A stretch of 64,000 nucleotides of DNA from an uncultured delta proteobacterium (GCA_963765675.1 CAVXXK010000001.1:1824001-1888000); one strand, 5' to 3'; positions 1-10,499 are shown, numbered from the stretch's first letter. A program made the numbers and translations. Notes: a model not told the origin generated them from the sequence alone.

Positions 1-1
1 T

Positions 2-175
2 AATCGGCGATATGGATTTCGCAGCAATGAAGCGATATTGCAAACCTACTACCAACTCCATCTCATAAGTAGTTCATTTCTTGAGCCGGCGCTGAGCTAC
101 ATTCCGAATCCGGGCCATAGCCCGCAAACGCAGGGCGCCGTCGCGATGACAGCGCAACTAGTGGTCTTGTTCTAG
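2..175 (+). CDS. C-terminal fragment of an outer-membrane porin, OprB carbohydrate-porin-like (5' part outside window)
   Basis: Manual translation from base 2: NRRYGFRSNEAILQTYYQLHLISSSFLEPALSYIPNPGHSPQTQGAVAMTAQLVVLF*. The E..YY / P..SY..NPG pattern and terminal Phe resemble OprB C-termini. Not in the ORF track. Confidence 0.65.
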   Translation, partial: NRRYGFRSNEAILQTYYQLHLISSSFLEPALSYIPNPGHSPQTQGAVAMTAQLVVLF

Positions 176-189
176 CGATTTCTTTCGAG

Positions 190-263
190 AAAAAAACCGC
201 CGGGACGCCGGCCCTACTGCAAGAATTGAGTGAAAAATCCAGTAGGACCGGCGTTTCGCCGGT
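190..263 (-). terminator. Hairpin (GTAG-type REP-like pair) with U-tract between convergent genes
   Basis: Arms gacgccggccctactg / cagtaggaccggcgtt; A7 run at 190-196 gives a U-tract on the minus strand. Confidence 0.5.
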
Positions 264-327
264 AATTCCGAGCAGCTAAAAATCGGGCTCAGTGCAAAGC
301 ACTAAGGTCGAAATCTGCTACACCAAC

Positions 328-1458
328 TTATTTTATCTGTTCGATCGTTGCTGGCCCTTCGCCCTGGCTTGGATCGATCCGGAACGGCCATTCGTTGGAA
401 TGAAACGGCACCGCGGGCGGCAGAAAGACCGGGAGTCCATATTTCTTGTCCTCCGCAGCGATTGCTTTGCGGCCGTCTCCACCCATCAACTCATAGTCCA
501 TCAAGTAGTAATTGCCAAAAAAGACCTGGCCAACCGAGCGGTCGGCGACAGTCCGAATGAGTACGTCGAGCATTTGGTCCGGCGTCGTGACGAATGATGA
601 GGTTTCGTAGAGGAACAAACGCGTATTCATCGCATCTTTGCCGAAAAACTGCGCCAGGACACTGAATAGGACATTGTTCTGGCGGGCGACATACAGAGTA
701 TTACTCACGCCGTAGGTCTTGTCCCAATCGGGCCCCAGCATTTCTTTCCAATCTTTGACTACTTTCATCCAGTGCTGAACCTGAGTAGTCGCGCCCCAGG
801 TAATATTTTGTTGCAGAAACGGTTTGACTTCACGGGCGTATTCCTGAATATCGGCAAATGTATAGGTACCTTTGCTCAGGGCGGTATCCATGAATTTGAT
901 ATTTGCCTTTAGTACATTGGCCTGATTCTCGCGGGCCTCAGGAGCGAGATCGGTCGCGTCCAGACTATCAAGTGCGGCCTGATTTGCGGCGCGAAACACC
1001 CGCATTTTGGCTTCCCATGAGTGATCTGCAACGCTGCCGACGTGGGAGCCGGCCAGTTCGAACAGTGCAAGGCTGGAATGGCCGACGGACTTGTAGATTT
1101 GATAGCGGATCGGCACTTGCGGTGCTTCCAGAGGAGGTTTGCCGGGACGATAGAGCAGCAATCTTCCGCCCTGGTTGCTGAACAGCGCGAGGATCACTGG
1201 ACGTTGCGCGAGCAGGTTTTTCTGGAATTTCGCCAACGCATCGTCATAGAGACCGAACATCGCGATGTCGAGATCGAGGACATTCTGGTCCGCCACCGCG
1301 GCCTTGCTAATCTCCGCGCTGTTGCCTGCGATTACATCCATGTAGTCAGGCAATCCTGAGTCGGAGGCAGATGCTGCGAAGCAGGCGCCGACGGTTGAGA
1401 AACTGAAAATCAGCGCAAATGCGAGCGCGGTGCCAATTGATAATCGAATTGTCGACAT
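328..1458 (-). CDS. Secreted hypothetical protein (~376 aa)
   Basis: Long ORF; signal-peptide-like N-terminus MSTIRLSIGTALAFALIFSFSTVGACFAA; no recognised domain. Confidence 0.8.
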   Translation of the reverse strand: MSTIRLSIGTALAFALIFSFSTVGACFAASASDSGLPDYMDVIAGNSAEISKAAVADQNVLDLDIAMFGLYDDALAKFQKNLLAQRPVILALFSNQGGRLLLYRPGKPPLEAPQVPIRYQIYKSVGHSSLALFELAGSHVGSVADHSWEAKMRVFRAANQAALDSLDATDLAPEARENQANVLKANIKFMDTALSKGTYTFADIQEYAREVKPFLQQNITWGATTQVQHWMKVVKDWKEMLGPDWDKTYGVSNTLYVARQNNVLFSVLAQFFGKDAMNTRLFLYETSSFVTTPDQMLDVLIRTVADRSVGQVFFGNYYLMDYELMGGDGRKAIAAEDKKYGLPVFLPPAVPFHSNEWPFRIDPSQGEGPATIEQIK

Positions 1459-1514
1459 AGTGAACTTATTATTCCATTCGGACTGCAATACTCAATGAGG
1501 AAAGAAAGAATCAT

Positions 1515-2540
1515 TCACACGCGAAATATAAGAACAAATAATATGAGACCAGCGGCGACAGTGCCAAGCCCCAATACTTCCCGCTTCAGGTTTTTGTCGC
1601 GCCCATTGAGCCAGAAACCCAGAAACCTGGTCACTAGAGGCATCACGAGCCAGGTAAGCAGAGCGACTGATAAGATATTGCCAATAAACATCTGAACCGC
1701 CATCGACCAATCCAGCATCAGCGGATTGAGATACGACAGGACCATCACAGTGGGGTATAGCGCGAACAAAACCGCGAGCGCCTGCTTCCACGCGGGAGGA
1801 GGGACGATCGTTTCGCCAGGTCCGCGATTGACCGAGAACCATCCTTCGAGCCCGGTAACGCGATGCGCGTGCATCGATTCGACTATTCCGTCGAGCTCTT
1901 CAAGAAGGTCTTTCCGCTCTTTCGAGTCCATCCAATCGGACAGATCGCGGACTGAATCGTAACGAACGATATCCACCCATTCGTCGAATTTCTCGTGAGG
2001 CTCGAAAAACTCGGTCGCAAGATAACCGGGGTAGTGCGCTTGTGCGGCGATGGCGCGGCGCCGCCAATCCAGGTAGGCCGCCACCTTTTCCGGCGCGACT
2101 TTATGCGTGAACACCATCGCGACCGGAGGCTCGGTGCGCTCGTCGCTTGCAAGCACCAGCATCCGCGACGGCTCGATGAGCAAATCCTCGATGCGCCTGG
2201 CGAGCCTCAGGCGCTCCGGATACTGGAGCCATTGCTGCATCGCCTGATTCGATTCGAGACGAAAGATTGCGACCCATTCCTCTTGCAAGCCCGGCACCGG
2301 CGCCAGCACCTCGGTCCCGACGAATCCCGGAAATCTTCGCGCCGCATCGGTAATGGCCTTTTGCGCCAAAACGTAAGTGTCGATCTGGTCGGGACGAACC
2401 CGATGCGAGGCGATAGCTGTCGCGGGCCGCGGAGGTTGTGGTTCTCGCAATTCAGGATCACCTTTCATATAGGATTCCCCGCCCGCCGGCGCCGTCTGGG
2501 TATTCTCATTTGGAGGCAGATGGTCGCGGTCTGGATGCAT
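1515..2540 (-). CDS. Tandem antibiotic-biosynthesis-monooxygenase (ABM)-like domain protein with C-terminal membrane helices
   Basis: Two repeats of H.V......Y...(F/Y)PG(F/Y)..TE...EWV.I.R...W...ER, followed by PP.WKQAL..L..LYP and hydrophobic helices. Start may be 2468. Confidence 0.8.
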   Translation of the reverse strand: MHPDRDHLPPNENTQTAPAGGESYMKGDPELREPQPPRPATAIASHRVRPDQIDTYVLAQKAITDAARRFPGFVGTEVLAPVPGLQEEWVAIFRLESNQAMQQWLQYPERLRLARRIEDLLIEPSRMLVLASDERTEPPVAMVFTHKVAPEKVAAYLDWRRRAIAAQAHYPGYLATEFFEPHEKFDEWVDIVRYDSVRDLSDWMDSKERKDLLEELDGIVESMHAHRVTGLEGWFSVNRGPGETIVPPPAWKQALAVLFALYPTVMVLSYLNPLMLDWSMAVQMFIGNILSVALLTWLVMPLVTRFLGFWLNGRDKNLKREVLGLGTVAAGLILFVLIFRV

Positions 2541-2660
2541 ATCTGACCATCATATCCGAAGACGCGCTTCCGGGATCGTGAGAATCGATGCCAGTCGGGC
2601 AGGCGACGCATCCGGGCGCTTTTGATAAGCTTGCGCGCCAAGTAACTTCGGCTCGAAGCG

Positions 2661-3734
2661 ATGGAACGCGAGAGAATCATACAGGTCTTCTTCTTCGGCT
2701 TTCTGGCCCTGATGGCCTATGAGCTGTATGCGATCCTTACTCCGTTCCTTACTCCGCTAATGTGGGCGATCCTGCTCGCCTTTCTGGCCCATCCTCTGCT
2801 CATCGAGCTCGACCATCTGGTGCGCCGCCGTACACTCTCCGCCTTGATCATCACGCTCGGCGTGGCGCTGGGCGTGATTCTGCCCGCGATCTGGTTGTCG
2901 AGCCGGCTCGCGGTCGAGGCGCAGACGCTATATGCGCAGGTCTCGACGATGCTCGACGGAGAAGGGCTTTCACACGCGCGCGACTGGATGATGCATTCCG
3001 AAATTATTCAGTCGATCAATCGCCGGCTCGCGCCGCGCGGGATAAAAATTGAAGACGAGATTCCGAAGCATTTCGCCGCGGCGGCGCAAGTGATCAGCGG
3101 ATACGTCGCGCACAATCTCACCAGCGCGGCGCGCAACGTCGCGACGGTGGTGATCGACTTCGCGATCATTTTGCTGATTTTCTTTTATCTGCTGCGCGAC
3201 GGCGAGAGCTATTACAACTCGGTGCGCGAGCTGACTCCTCTGCACGAGGACGACAAGAAGGCGGTGTTCGAAACTCTGCGCAGCACGCTGTCGTCGGTGA
3301 TGCGCGGGCTGATGCTGACTGCGCTTTTGCAGGGCGCCACGATCGGCCTTGGCCTGCTCATCAGCGGCGTTCCGTACTGGGCGTTCCTTGCGCTGGCCAG
3401 CGCGGCCGCGGGGCTATTGCCGATCGGCGGGACCGCGCTGGTCTGGGTTCCGGCCACCCTCTACCTGTTCTACACCGCAGGATGGGGATGGGCGATTTTC
3501 CTGGTCGTATGGTGCTCGATCTCGATCGCGATTATCGACAACTTCATCAAGCCGATGGCGATGAAGCACGGCACCGGGCTGCCGACGCTCGCGCTGTTTT
3601 TCGGAATCGCCGGCGGGCTCGAGGCCTACGGGCCGATCGGATTGTTCATCGGACCGGCGATCATGTCGGTATTCGCAGCGTTGCTGCGGGTGTATCGAAA
3701 GACTTACGGCGGAAGCCGCAAGGAAGCGGCCTGA
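2661..3734 (+). CDS. AI-2E family (PerM/YdiK-like) transporter
   Basis: Multi-TM; motifs FFYLLRDG, LPIGGTALVWVP, IDNFIKP, GGLEAYGPIGLFIGP. Confidence 0.9.
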   Translation: MERERIIQVFFFGFLALMAYELYAILTPFLTPLMWAILLAFLAHPLLIELDHLVRRRTLSALIITLGVALGVILPAIWLSSRLAVEAQTLYAQVSTMLDGEGLSHARDWMMHSEIIQSINRRLAPRGIKIEDEIPKHFAAAAQVISGYVAHNLTSAARNVATVVIDFAIILLIFFYLLRDGESYYNSVRELTPLHEDDKKAVFETLRSTLSSVMRGLMLTALLQGATIGLGLLISGVPYWAFLALASAAAGLLPIGGTALVWVPATLYLFYTAGWGWAIFLVVWCSISIAIIDNFIKPMAMKHGTGLPTLALFFGIAGGLEAYGPIGLFIGPAIMSVFAALLRVYRKTYGGSRKEAA

Positions 3735-3750
3735 GCGGGTTTAGAGCGCC

Positions 3751-4053
3751 TCAGAACCAGCGGGCTGACGCCTGTTTTCGTCTATCCGCCCACGCCATTT
3801 CCATCGGGATGTTAACGTCTGCATTGGATTTGGCAGACTCGCTGAGCGACATTTCGCGCTTGATCCACATCCCGACAAACCAGGCGGCAACGCCGTAGCT
3901 GACTGCGACGGCAAACACGCAATCGAGAATCATTCCTCGGGACAGTCCCAACCATCGTTCCAGGAACATCGAGCCCACCACCGCCGCAACCGCCGCAAGA
4001 TCCGCGGCGAAAACTCCCGCCGCGATCATCACCATCGATAACATCTGGATCAC
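3751..4053 (-). CDS. Small hypothetical membrane protein
   Basis: Two hydrophobic segments; AGGAGAAG RBS-like sequence before GTG. Confidence 0.55.
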   Translation of the reverse strand: MIQMLSMVMIAAGVFAADLAAVAAVVGSMFLERWLGLSRGMILDCVFAVAVSYGVAAWFVGMWIKREMSLSESAKSNADVNIPMEMAWADRRKQASARWF

Positions 4054-4204
4054 CTTCTCCTATTATAGATGACGAACGCGCGACGAATTAGATTCATTTG
4101 TTACCTAAACGAACGTTTAGTAGATTGCCGCTGCGCATGCTCTGAAGTGCATCCGCGTGAAAACTGCCGCGAAGCCACGAGCATTTGTGCACGAGGAAAA
4201 TCCG

Positions 4205-4994
4205 ATGAAATATGCAATCGTTACCGGAGGAGCGCGCGGACTCGGTTTGGGAATTGTCACCGCGCTGCTCGATGAGAAAGTTGTCGAGGCCGTTGCGGTG
4301 ATCGACAAGGAACTGGCGCCCGCGCCTGCCGCGATCGCAAAACAGATTCACGGCTTTCGCGCCGACGTGACCGACGAGGCGTCGATCCATTCCGCGCGTC
4401 GAGGCGATTACGGCTCAGCTCGGCGCGCATCCCGACGTGCTCTGCAACAACGCGGGCGGCGGCGAGCGCGCTTGGTTCGAGGGCAGCCGCCAGACCAATA
4501 ACTGGGATTCGGTCGAGACCTGGCGTCGCTATGTCGATCTGAATCTGAATTCCGTCTACCTGGTTTCGCGCGAGGTTGCGCCGCGGATGCGCGCGGGCGC
4601 GGCGATTTGCAACACCTCGTCGATCGCCGGGATGCAGGCCGTCCCGATGCTGGCGGCATACGCAGCGGCGAAGGCGGGCGTGATTTCCTACACTCGCACG
4701 CTGGCGGCGCAGCTCGGAACGTCGGGCATCCGGGTAAATGCGGTTGCGCCCGGCGTCATCTACACTCCCCTTTGGCAAAAGCTCGGCGCGGCGGTCGGCG
4801 GCGGCGACGATCGCGCGCGCGAGGCGTTCGACGCGATCGTGCGCCAGATCGTACCGCTCGGCCGCGAGCAAACCGAAGAGGACATTGGACGTGCGGCGGC
4901 GTGGCTCTGTTCCGAGAAGGCAAAGAATGTGACCGGGCAGATAATCGCCGTCGATGGCGGAATAACGCTCGGCGTCCGCGCGCTGGAGGGGTAG
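4205..4994 (+). CDS. SDR family oxidoreductase, split by a +1 base near 4397
   Basis: MKYAIVTGGARGLG in one frame; NNAG, YAAAK, VNAVAPG, VDGG in the next. Removing one base at ~4397 joins them. Confidence 0.85.
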
Positions 4995-5069
4995 CCACCC
5001 CGGCGCGGCGGCCCGTATGGCGCGCGGTCTTATCGAGCCTGTAAACTTGGGCCCACGATGGAAACCGCG

Positions 5070-6401
5070 ATGGCCGATATCGAGTCCGGTGCGCGCTTCA
5101 TCGTGCGCCGGCTGCGCGAAGCGGGTTTCCAGGCCGTCTTCGCGGGCGGATGCGTACGCGACAAAATCCTCGGGATCGCGCCCAAGGATTACGACATCGC
5201 GACCGACGCGCGCCCCGAAGTCGTCCAGCGGATGTTCGATCATACCGTTGCCGTCGGCGCACGCTTCGGCTCGATCGCAGTAATTCTTGACGGCGCGCAA
5301 TACGAAACCACGACCTTCCGCGCCGACGCCGAGTATAACGATGGGCGCCGTCCGTCGGCGGTGCGCTTCGGCACGATCGAAGAAGACGCCAAGCGGCGCG
5401 ACTTCACGATCGGCGGAATGTTTCTCGATCCCGAAAACGATCGCCTGATCGATCTGGTCGGCGGGATGCGCGATCTTCGCGCCGGAATTGTCCGCGCGAT
5501 CGGAAATCCGCGCGAGCGCTTCGCCGAAGACCGCCTGCGTATCCTGCGTGGCGCGCGCTTCGCGGCGCGCTTCGGATTCGAGATCGATCCATCGACGTGG
5601 GACGCGATGTGCGAGGCGGCGCCGTCCATCACCGAAATCGCCGCCGAACGAATCGGCGAAGAGCTCGTGATGCTGATGACCGAGGGCGGTGCCGGCCGCG
5701 CGATGGATCTGCTGCGCGAGTCGGGATTGTGCGCTGCGCTCGCGCCCGAGCTGCTCGAAATGGTCGGATGCGCCCAGCCCGAAAATTATCATCCCGAGGG
5801 CGACGTCTGGTCGCATACGCGGCTCGGGGTCTCGATGCTGCCGGCGGGTTGCAGCGAAACCGTAGCCTTCGGAATTCTCCTGCACGATATCGCCAAGCCG
5901 CGATGCCGCGCGGTCGCACCCGATGGCAAGGTTACTTTCTATGGGCATACCGATCAGGGCGCGGTGATCGCGGCGGAAATGATGGCGCGCTTCAAACGCT
6001 CCAACTTCGTGCAGGAGCGCGTCGCCTACCTGGTGCGGGACCATCTGCGCCTGTGCATGGCGCCGCGGATGCGCAAAGCCACCCTCAAGCGGATGCTCGC
6101 CGACGAGGGCTTTGGCGAGCTGATGCAGGTCGCGATGCTCGACGCGCTCGCGTCGTCGTCGTACCTGGGCTACTGGAATTTTTGCCGGCGCGCGCTCGAG
6201 TCGATGTCGGCGGCAGAGATTCATCCGCCGCGCCTGATTACCGGCAACGATCTGATAGGACTCGGATTTTCGCCCGGGCCGCGCTTCAAGGAAATTCTGA
6301 AGGAAGTCGAAGACCTTCAGCTCGACGGCGCACTCGCGACGCGCGACGACGCACTCGCCTTTGTGCTGGCGCATCATCGGCCGCAAGTGACTGCGCAATA
6401 G
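5070..6401 (+). CDS. cca: CCA tRNA nucleotidyltransferase with HD domain
   Basis: GGCVRD..G..PKDYDIAT, EDAKRRDFT, EDRLRILR, HPEGDVWSHT, LLHDIAKP; lacks the GRRF poly(A)-polymerase signature. Confidence 0.88.
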   Translation: MADIESGARFIVRRLREAGFQAVFAGGCVRDKILGIAPKDYDIATDARPEVVQRMFDHTVAVGARFGSIAVILDGAQYETTTFRADAEYNDGRRPSAVRFGTIEEDAKRRDFTIGGMFLDPENDRLIDLVGGMRDLRAGIVRAIGNPRERFAEDRLRILRGARFAARFGFEIDPSTWDAMCEAAPSITEIAAERIGEELVMLMTEGGAGRAMDLLRESGLCAALAPELLEMVGCAQPENYHPEGDVWSHTRLGVSMLPAGCSETVAFGILLHDIAKPRCRAVAPDGKVTFYGHTDQGAVIAAEMMARFKRSNFVQERVAYLVRDHLRLCMAPRMRKATLKRMLADEGFGELMQVAMLDALASSSYLGYWNFCRRALESMSAAEIHPPRLITGNDLIGLGFSPGPRFKEILKEVEDLQLDGALATRDDALAFVLAHHRPQVTAQ

Positions 6402-7890
6402 GTGCTTCGCGCGCGCGAAATATCCAAGCGCTTCGGGCGGACGCTCGCGCTTGACCGCGTCGATTTCGAGGCGCATCCGGGCGAGATTCACGCGCTGGTC
6501 GGCGAGAATGGCGCGGGCAAAACCACGCTGATGAATATCATCGCGGGCCGCCTGCGCCCCGACGCGGGCGAGGCCTCGCTCGACGGCGCAACGCTGCGGC
6601 AAGGCTCGGCGGCAGGCGCACTCAGCGCGGGAATCGCGGCGGTGAATCAAAGCCCGCTGCTCTTCGAGCGCTTCACCTGGGAGGAAAATCTCGCGCTCGG
6701 CGGTTTTGACACTGCCGGATATGATTTGCCCGCGGTCGCGGCGCGTTCTCGCGCGCTCGCCGAAAAGCTCGGCTTCGTGCTGCCCCCGGCCGGGAGCACG
6801 ATCGAGCATCGCTCGGTGGCAGAGCGGGTGCGGCTCGAAGTGCTGCGCGCCCTGTCGTTTGATCCGCGCGTGCTGATTCTCGACGAGCCGACCGGAGTGA
6901 TGGCGCCCGCGGAACTCGCGCCATTTCTCGATCTGTTAAGGCGGCTGCGCGATGAGGGCAGGATCATCGTGCTGATCACGCACAAGCTCAGGGAGGCGCT
7001 CGCCGTCGCCGATCGTATCAGCGTGCTCCGTCAGGGCCGGATGGTTGCGAGCACCAAGCCTGCGGAAACGTCGGAGGCCGCGCTCGCCCGGATGATGATC
7101 GGCGATCTTACGATCGCGCCCGCCGCGCCGGAGACGCCCTCCGGGTCGCCAGTCCGTACGGGAGAAGTTGCACTGTCGATCGAAGATTTGTCGCTCGACC
7201 GTGACGGACATCGCGCGCTCGAGCAGCGTATCGCTGGTGCTGCATTCCGGCGAGATCGCGGGAGTTGCGGGCGTCGATGGCAACGGACAGACCGAGCTGG
7301 TCGAGGTTCTGGCGGGCGCGCGGGCCGCGCAGTCGGGCCACGTGATCGTCGCGAATACTCATGCGGGCGTTGCGCGCTCCGCGATGGCGGTGATTCCGGA
7401 AAATCGCGATCTCGATGGGCTCGTTCTCGATATGGCGCTGTGGGAGAACCTGCTGCTCGCGAGCCCGATACGCAATCTGGTCGCGCCGCGCGGATGGTTA
7501 AGCCGCGCACGCGCGGTCGAATTGTGCCGCGCGCTGCTCGAGCGGTTTCAGATTCGTGCGCCCGGTCCCGAGGCTCTCGCCTCCGCGCTGTCGGGCGGAA
7601 ACCGGCAGCGGCTCGAGGTTGCGCGCGCGGTCGCGTCGGAGCCGCGTGTAATCGTCGCACACAATGTCTGCCGCGGACTCGATCTCGCTGGCACCGCGGA
7701 GGTTCATCGCGCGCTGGTCGAATTCGCCGCGGCCGGCGGCGCCGTGCTGCTGGTCTCGAGCGATCTCGACGAATTGCTCGAGCTCTGCGCCCGGCTGTTC
7801 GTGATGAGCCGCGGGAGGTTGCGCGAGACCGCACCCGCCGATCGCGATCCCGCACGGCTCGGCATGTTGATGGCGGGGCACTTCGAGTAA
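6402..7890 (+). CDS. Nucleoside/sugar (CUT2) ABC transporter ATP-binding protein with two ATPase domains, split by a +1 base near 7223
   Basis: GENGAGKTT, ILDEPT, ITHKL in frame 1; GVDGNGQTEL, LSGGNRQ, SSDLDEL in frame 2. Confidence 0.88.
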
Positions 7891-7896
7891 GGCGCA

Positions 7897-8967
7897 ATGA
7901 TCTCATCGATCGGAAAATCGATCGCGGCGCTGATTCTCGCCTGCGCGATCATCGCGGCGGTCGTGCTCGCCCTCGGCGCGTCTCCGATCGGAGTTTTCGC
8001 AGCGCTTTATGAAGGCGCATTCGGAACCTGGTACGCAACGGCCGATACGATCGTCAAATCCACGCCGCTTATTTTCACTGGTCTTGCGATCTCGATCTCG
8101 TTCTCGGGCGCGCTGTGGAATATCGGCGCCGATGGGCAACTGATCGCGGGCGCGATCGCCGCCGGGGCGATTGGCCCGTACCTCGGCGGATGGCCGCGGC
8201 CAATCGCGATTGTGCTCGTGCTCATCGCGGGCGCCGTCGGCGGCGCGGTGTGGGGAGGGATCTGCGGATGGCTTCGCGCGCGGCGCGACACCAACGAAGT
8301 TATCAGCACGATCATGATGAACTTCGTCGCGGCGCAACTGATTAGCTGGGTCGTGCACGGCCCGCTGATCGAGGCCTCGGGCGCGTATCCGCAAAGCATG
8401 GCGATTGCGCCGAGCGCGCGGATGTACATGCCGCTTGAGCCGACGCGGCTCAACCCCGCGATCGTGCTCGCGATCGTGCTGGCAATCGGATGCTACCTGT
8501 TGCTCTTTCACACCAGCATCGGATTCGAGCTGCGCGCGATGGGCCGCAACCGGCGCGCGGCGACCTTCTTCGGAATTCCGATCGCGCGGCTCACGATCGC
8601 GATCCTCGCGCTGTCAGGCGCGCTCGCAGGAATCGGCGGCGCGGTTCAGGTCTCGGCGATCACGCATCGGCTGTATGAGAAATTCTCGCCCGGATGGGGC
8701 TTCGAGGCGATCGCGGTTGCGCTGGTAGCGCGGCTGAATCCGCTCGGAATTATCGTCTCGGCAATTTTCTTTGGCGCGCTCGACAACGGCTCGCAGGCGA
8801 TGCAGCGCGCGCAGGGCGTCTCGCCGGTTCTGGTCCAGGTGATCCAGGGACTGGTGATCATGATCCTGCTCGCGTTCGATACTCCCGCGTGGTCGCGGAT
8901 TCGGGGACAGATATTCTCGCGCGACGCGCAGTCCGCGCCAGCCGCAGGAGCGCGCGCCGATGCTTGA
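7897..8967 (+). CDS. Nucleoside-type ABC transporter permease
   Basis: WNIGADGQ, NEVISTIMMNF, GFELRAMG, GFEAIAVAL; multi-TM. Confidence 0.9.
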   Translation: MISSIGKSIAALILACAIIAAVVLALGASPIGVFAALYEGAFGTWYATADTIVKSTPLIFTGLAISISFSGALWNIGADGQLIAGAIAAGAIGPYLGGWPRPIAIVLVLIAGAVGGAVWGGICGWLRARRDTNEVISTIMMNFVAAQLISWVVHGPLIEASGAYPQSMAIAPSARMYMPLEPTRLNPAIVLAIVLAIGCYLLLFHTSIGFELRAMGRNRRAATFFGIPIARLTIAILALSGALAGIGGAVQVSAITHRLYEKFSPGWGFEAIAVALVARLNPLGIIVSAIFFGALDNGSQAMQRAQGVSPVLVQVIQGLVIMILLAFDTPAWSRIRGQIFSRDAQSAPAAGARADA

Positions 8968-9871
8968 CGCGTTCCTCAATTCGACGATCGCGATGGCGAC
9001 GCCCATCCTGCTCGCCGCGCTCGGCGAGCTGCTGGTCGAGGAAACCGGCGTCATCAATATCGGTATCGAGGGGGCGATGCTGTGCGGCGCGTTCTTCGCG
9101 ATGGCGGCCGCATACTTCACCGGCTCGACGCTGATTGGAATTGCGGCGGGAATCGCGGCCGGCGTCGCGATCAACGCTCTGCTCGCGCTGCTGGTGGTCA
9201 ATCTGTCGGTCAACCAGGTGGTCGCGGGCACCGCGCTGGATATTCTCGCGATCGGACTCACGGGAGTCTTTTACCGCCGGTTCTTCGGAATCACCGGAAT
9301 GGCTTTCATGGTCAAGCCGATGGCGCGGTTCGATTTCGGTCCGCTCACGCGGATTCCGATCCTCGGCGCCACGCTTTTTCATCATAACGCGTTCGTCTAT
9401 CTGACCTTCGCGATCATCCCTGTCATCGGGTTTATCGTGTGGCGCACGCATTACGGTCTGACGCTGCGGGCAGCGGGTGAACGCCCCGACGCGGCGGACG
9501 CGCTGGGGCTGGGAGTCTATCGCCTGCGATGGCATGCGCTGCTCGCGGCAGGCGTGCTGACGGGACTTTCCGGCGCGTACCTGACGCTCGCCTACGCGAA
9601 CACGTTTGTCGAAAATATTTCGGGTGGGCGCGGCTACGTTGCGCTGGCGGTGGTGATCCTCGGGCGATGGAATCCGTGGGGAATCGCGGCGGCAAGCGTG
9701 CTCTTCGGTGCCGCGATGGCATTGCAATTCGGCCTGCAGGCTCTCGGCACGGCGATCCCCTATCAGCTCTTTCTGGCGCTGCCCTATGCGCTCACACTCG
9801 TCGTGCTGGCCGGAGTAGGCGGCCAAGCCGCCTCGCCCTCCGCCCTCGGCGAGCCATATCGCCGTCCATAG
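8960..9871 (+). CDS. Nucleoside-type ABC transporter permease
   Basis: ALGE..E.GVINIGIEG, GLTLRAAGERP, GRGYVALA..ILGRWNP, ALPY. Confidence 0.9.
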   Translation: MLDAFLNSTIAMATPILLAALGELLVEETGVINIGIEGAMLCGAFFAMAAAYFTGSTLIGIAAGIAAGVAINALLALLVVNLSVNQVVAGTALDILAIGLTGVFYRRFFGITGMAFMVKPMARFDFGPLTRIPILGATLFHHNAFVYLTFAIIPVIGFIVWRTHYGLTLRAAGERPDAADALGLGVYRLRWHALLAAGVLTGLSGAYLTLAYANTFVENISGGRGYVALAVVILGRWNPWGIAAASVLFGAAMALQFGLQALGTAIPYQLFLALPYALTLVVLAGVGGQAASPSALGEPYRRP

Positions 9872-9911
9872 CGGAGACCCGGAAGCTATCGCATCGACGC
9901 CGCGCTCGGGT

Positions 9912-10199
9912 ATGATTACCCACAAGATGCCGTCGCCCGAGCCAATCGCGTCGACCTTTCCGGTCGCGTTCTGCAAAGGATGCGGCAAGAGCGTCGTCAC
10001 CTGCGTCGCGCTCGACGACGACGGTCTCGAGCGACGCCTGTGCGCGCATTGCGACGCGCCGATCGCTGCCGACATCGAATGGATCAGCGCGACGGAGCTC
10101 GAATCGACCGGCTACTATATCGGCACTCCCAGCGCCCCGCGCGCCGGTGGATGCGGCGGCGGATGTTCGAGCGGTGCCTGCGGCACCCGCAAGCATTAG
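9912..10199 (+). CDS. Small Cys-rich putative metal-binding protein
   Basis: CKGC...CAHC plus tail GGCGGGCSSGACG; host-like codon pattern. Confidence 0.7.
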   Translation: MITHKMPSPEPIASTFPVAFCKGCGKSVVTCVALDDDGLERRLCAHCDAPIAADIEWISATELESTGYYIGTPSAPRAGGCGGGCSSGACGTRKH

Positions 10200-10424
10200 A
10201 TCGAACACTTTCTCAGAAGCGAAGCCGAAGCGATCCCGGATCTACATATAGTCTGCGATTGGCAAGCTGGCCGACGAGCCGTCGGCCGCCACTGATATAA
10301 GGAACTAATATGCCAGTGGTGGCGGACGGCCCGTCCGCCCAGTGAGGAATTACGATTCCTGGGTCTTGCTTCTTGCTCATTTCCACTGAGTAGATGTCGC
10401 GTTCGATATTGGCTTCGATCGATA

Positions 10425-10499
10425 TCAGGTCAGATCGGTAAACGGATTGAATGCCACTTCCCACAGGTGGCCGTCGAGGTCTGCGAAGTAACCGGAGTA
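10425..10499 (-). pseudogene. C-terminal remnant of a VOC/glyoxalase-family gene
   Basis: Translates YSGYFADLDGHLWEVAFNPFTDLT*; an in-frame TAG lies a few codons upstream and there is no start codon. Confidence 0.65.

Noticed and set aside
5070-6401. Poly(A) polymerase PcnB call
   Set aside because: The PAP signature (GRRF-x-h-h-H) is absent, and an HD domain and CCA-type loop are present.
9912-10199. RiPP precursor peptide
   Set aside because: No radical SAM, YcaO, LanM or peptidase-transporter gene nearby; the Cys pattern fits metal binding better.
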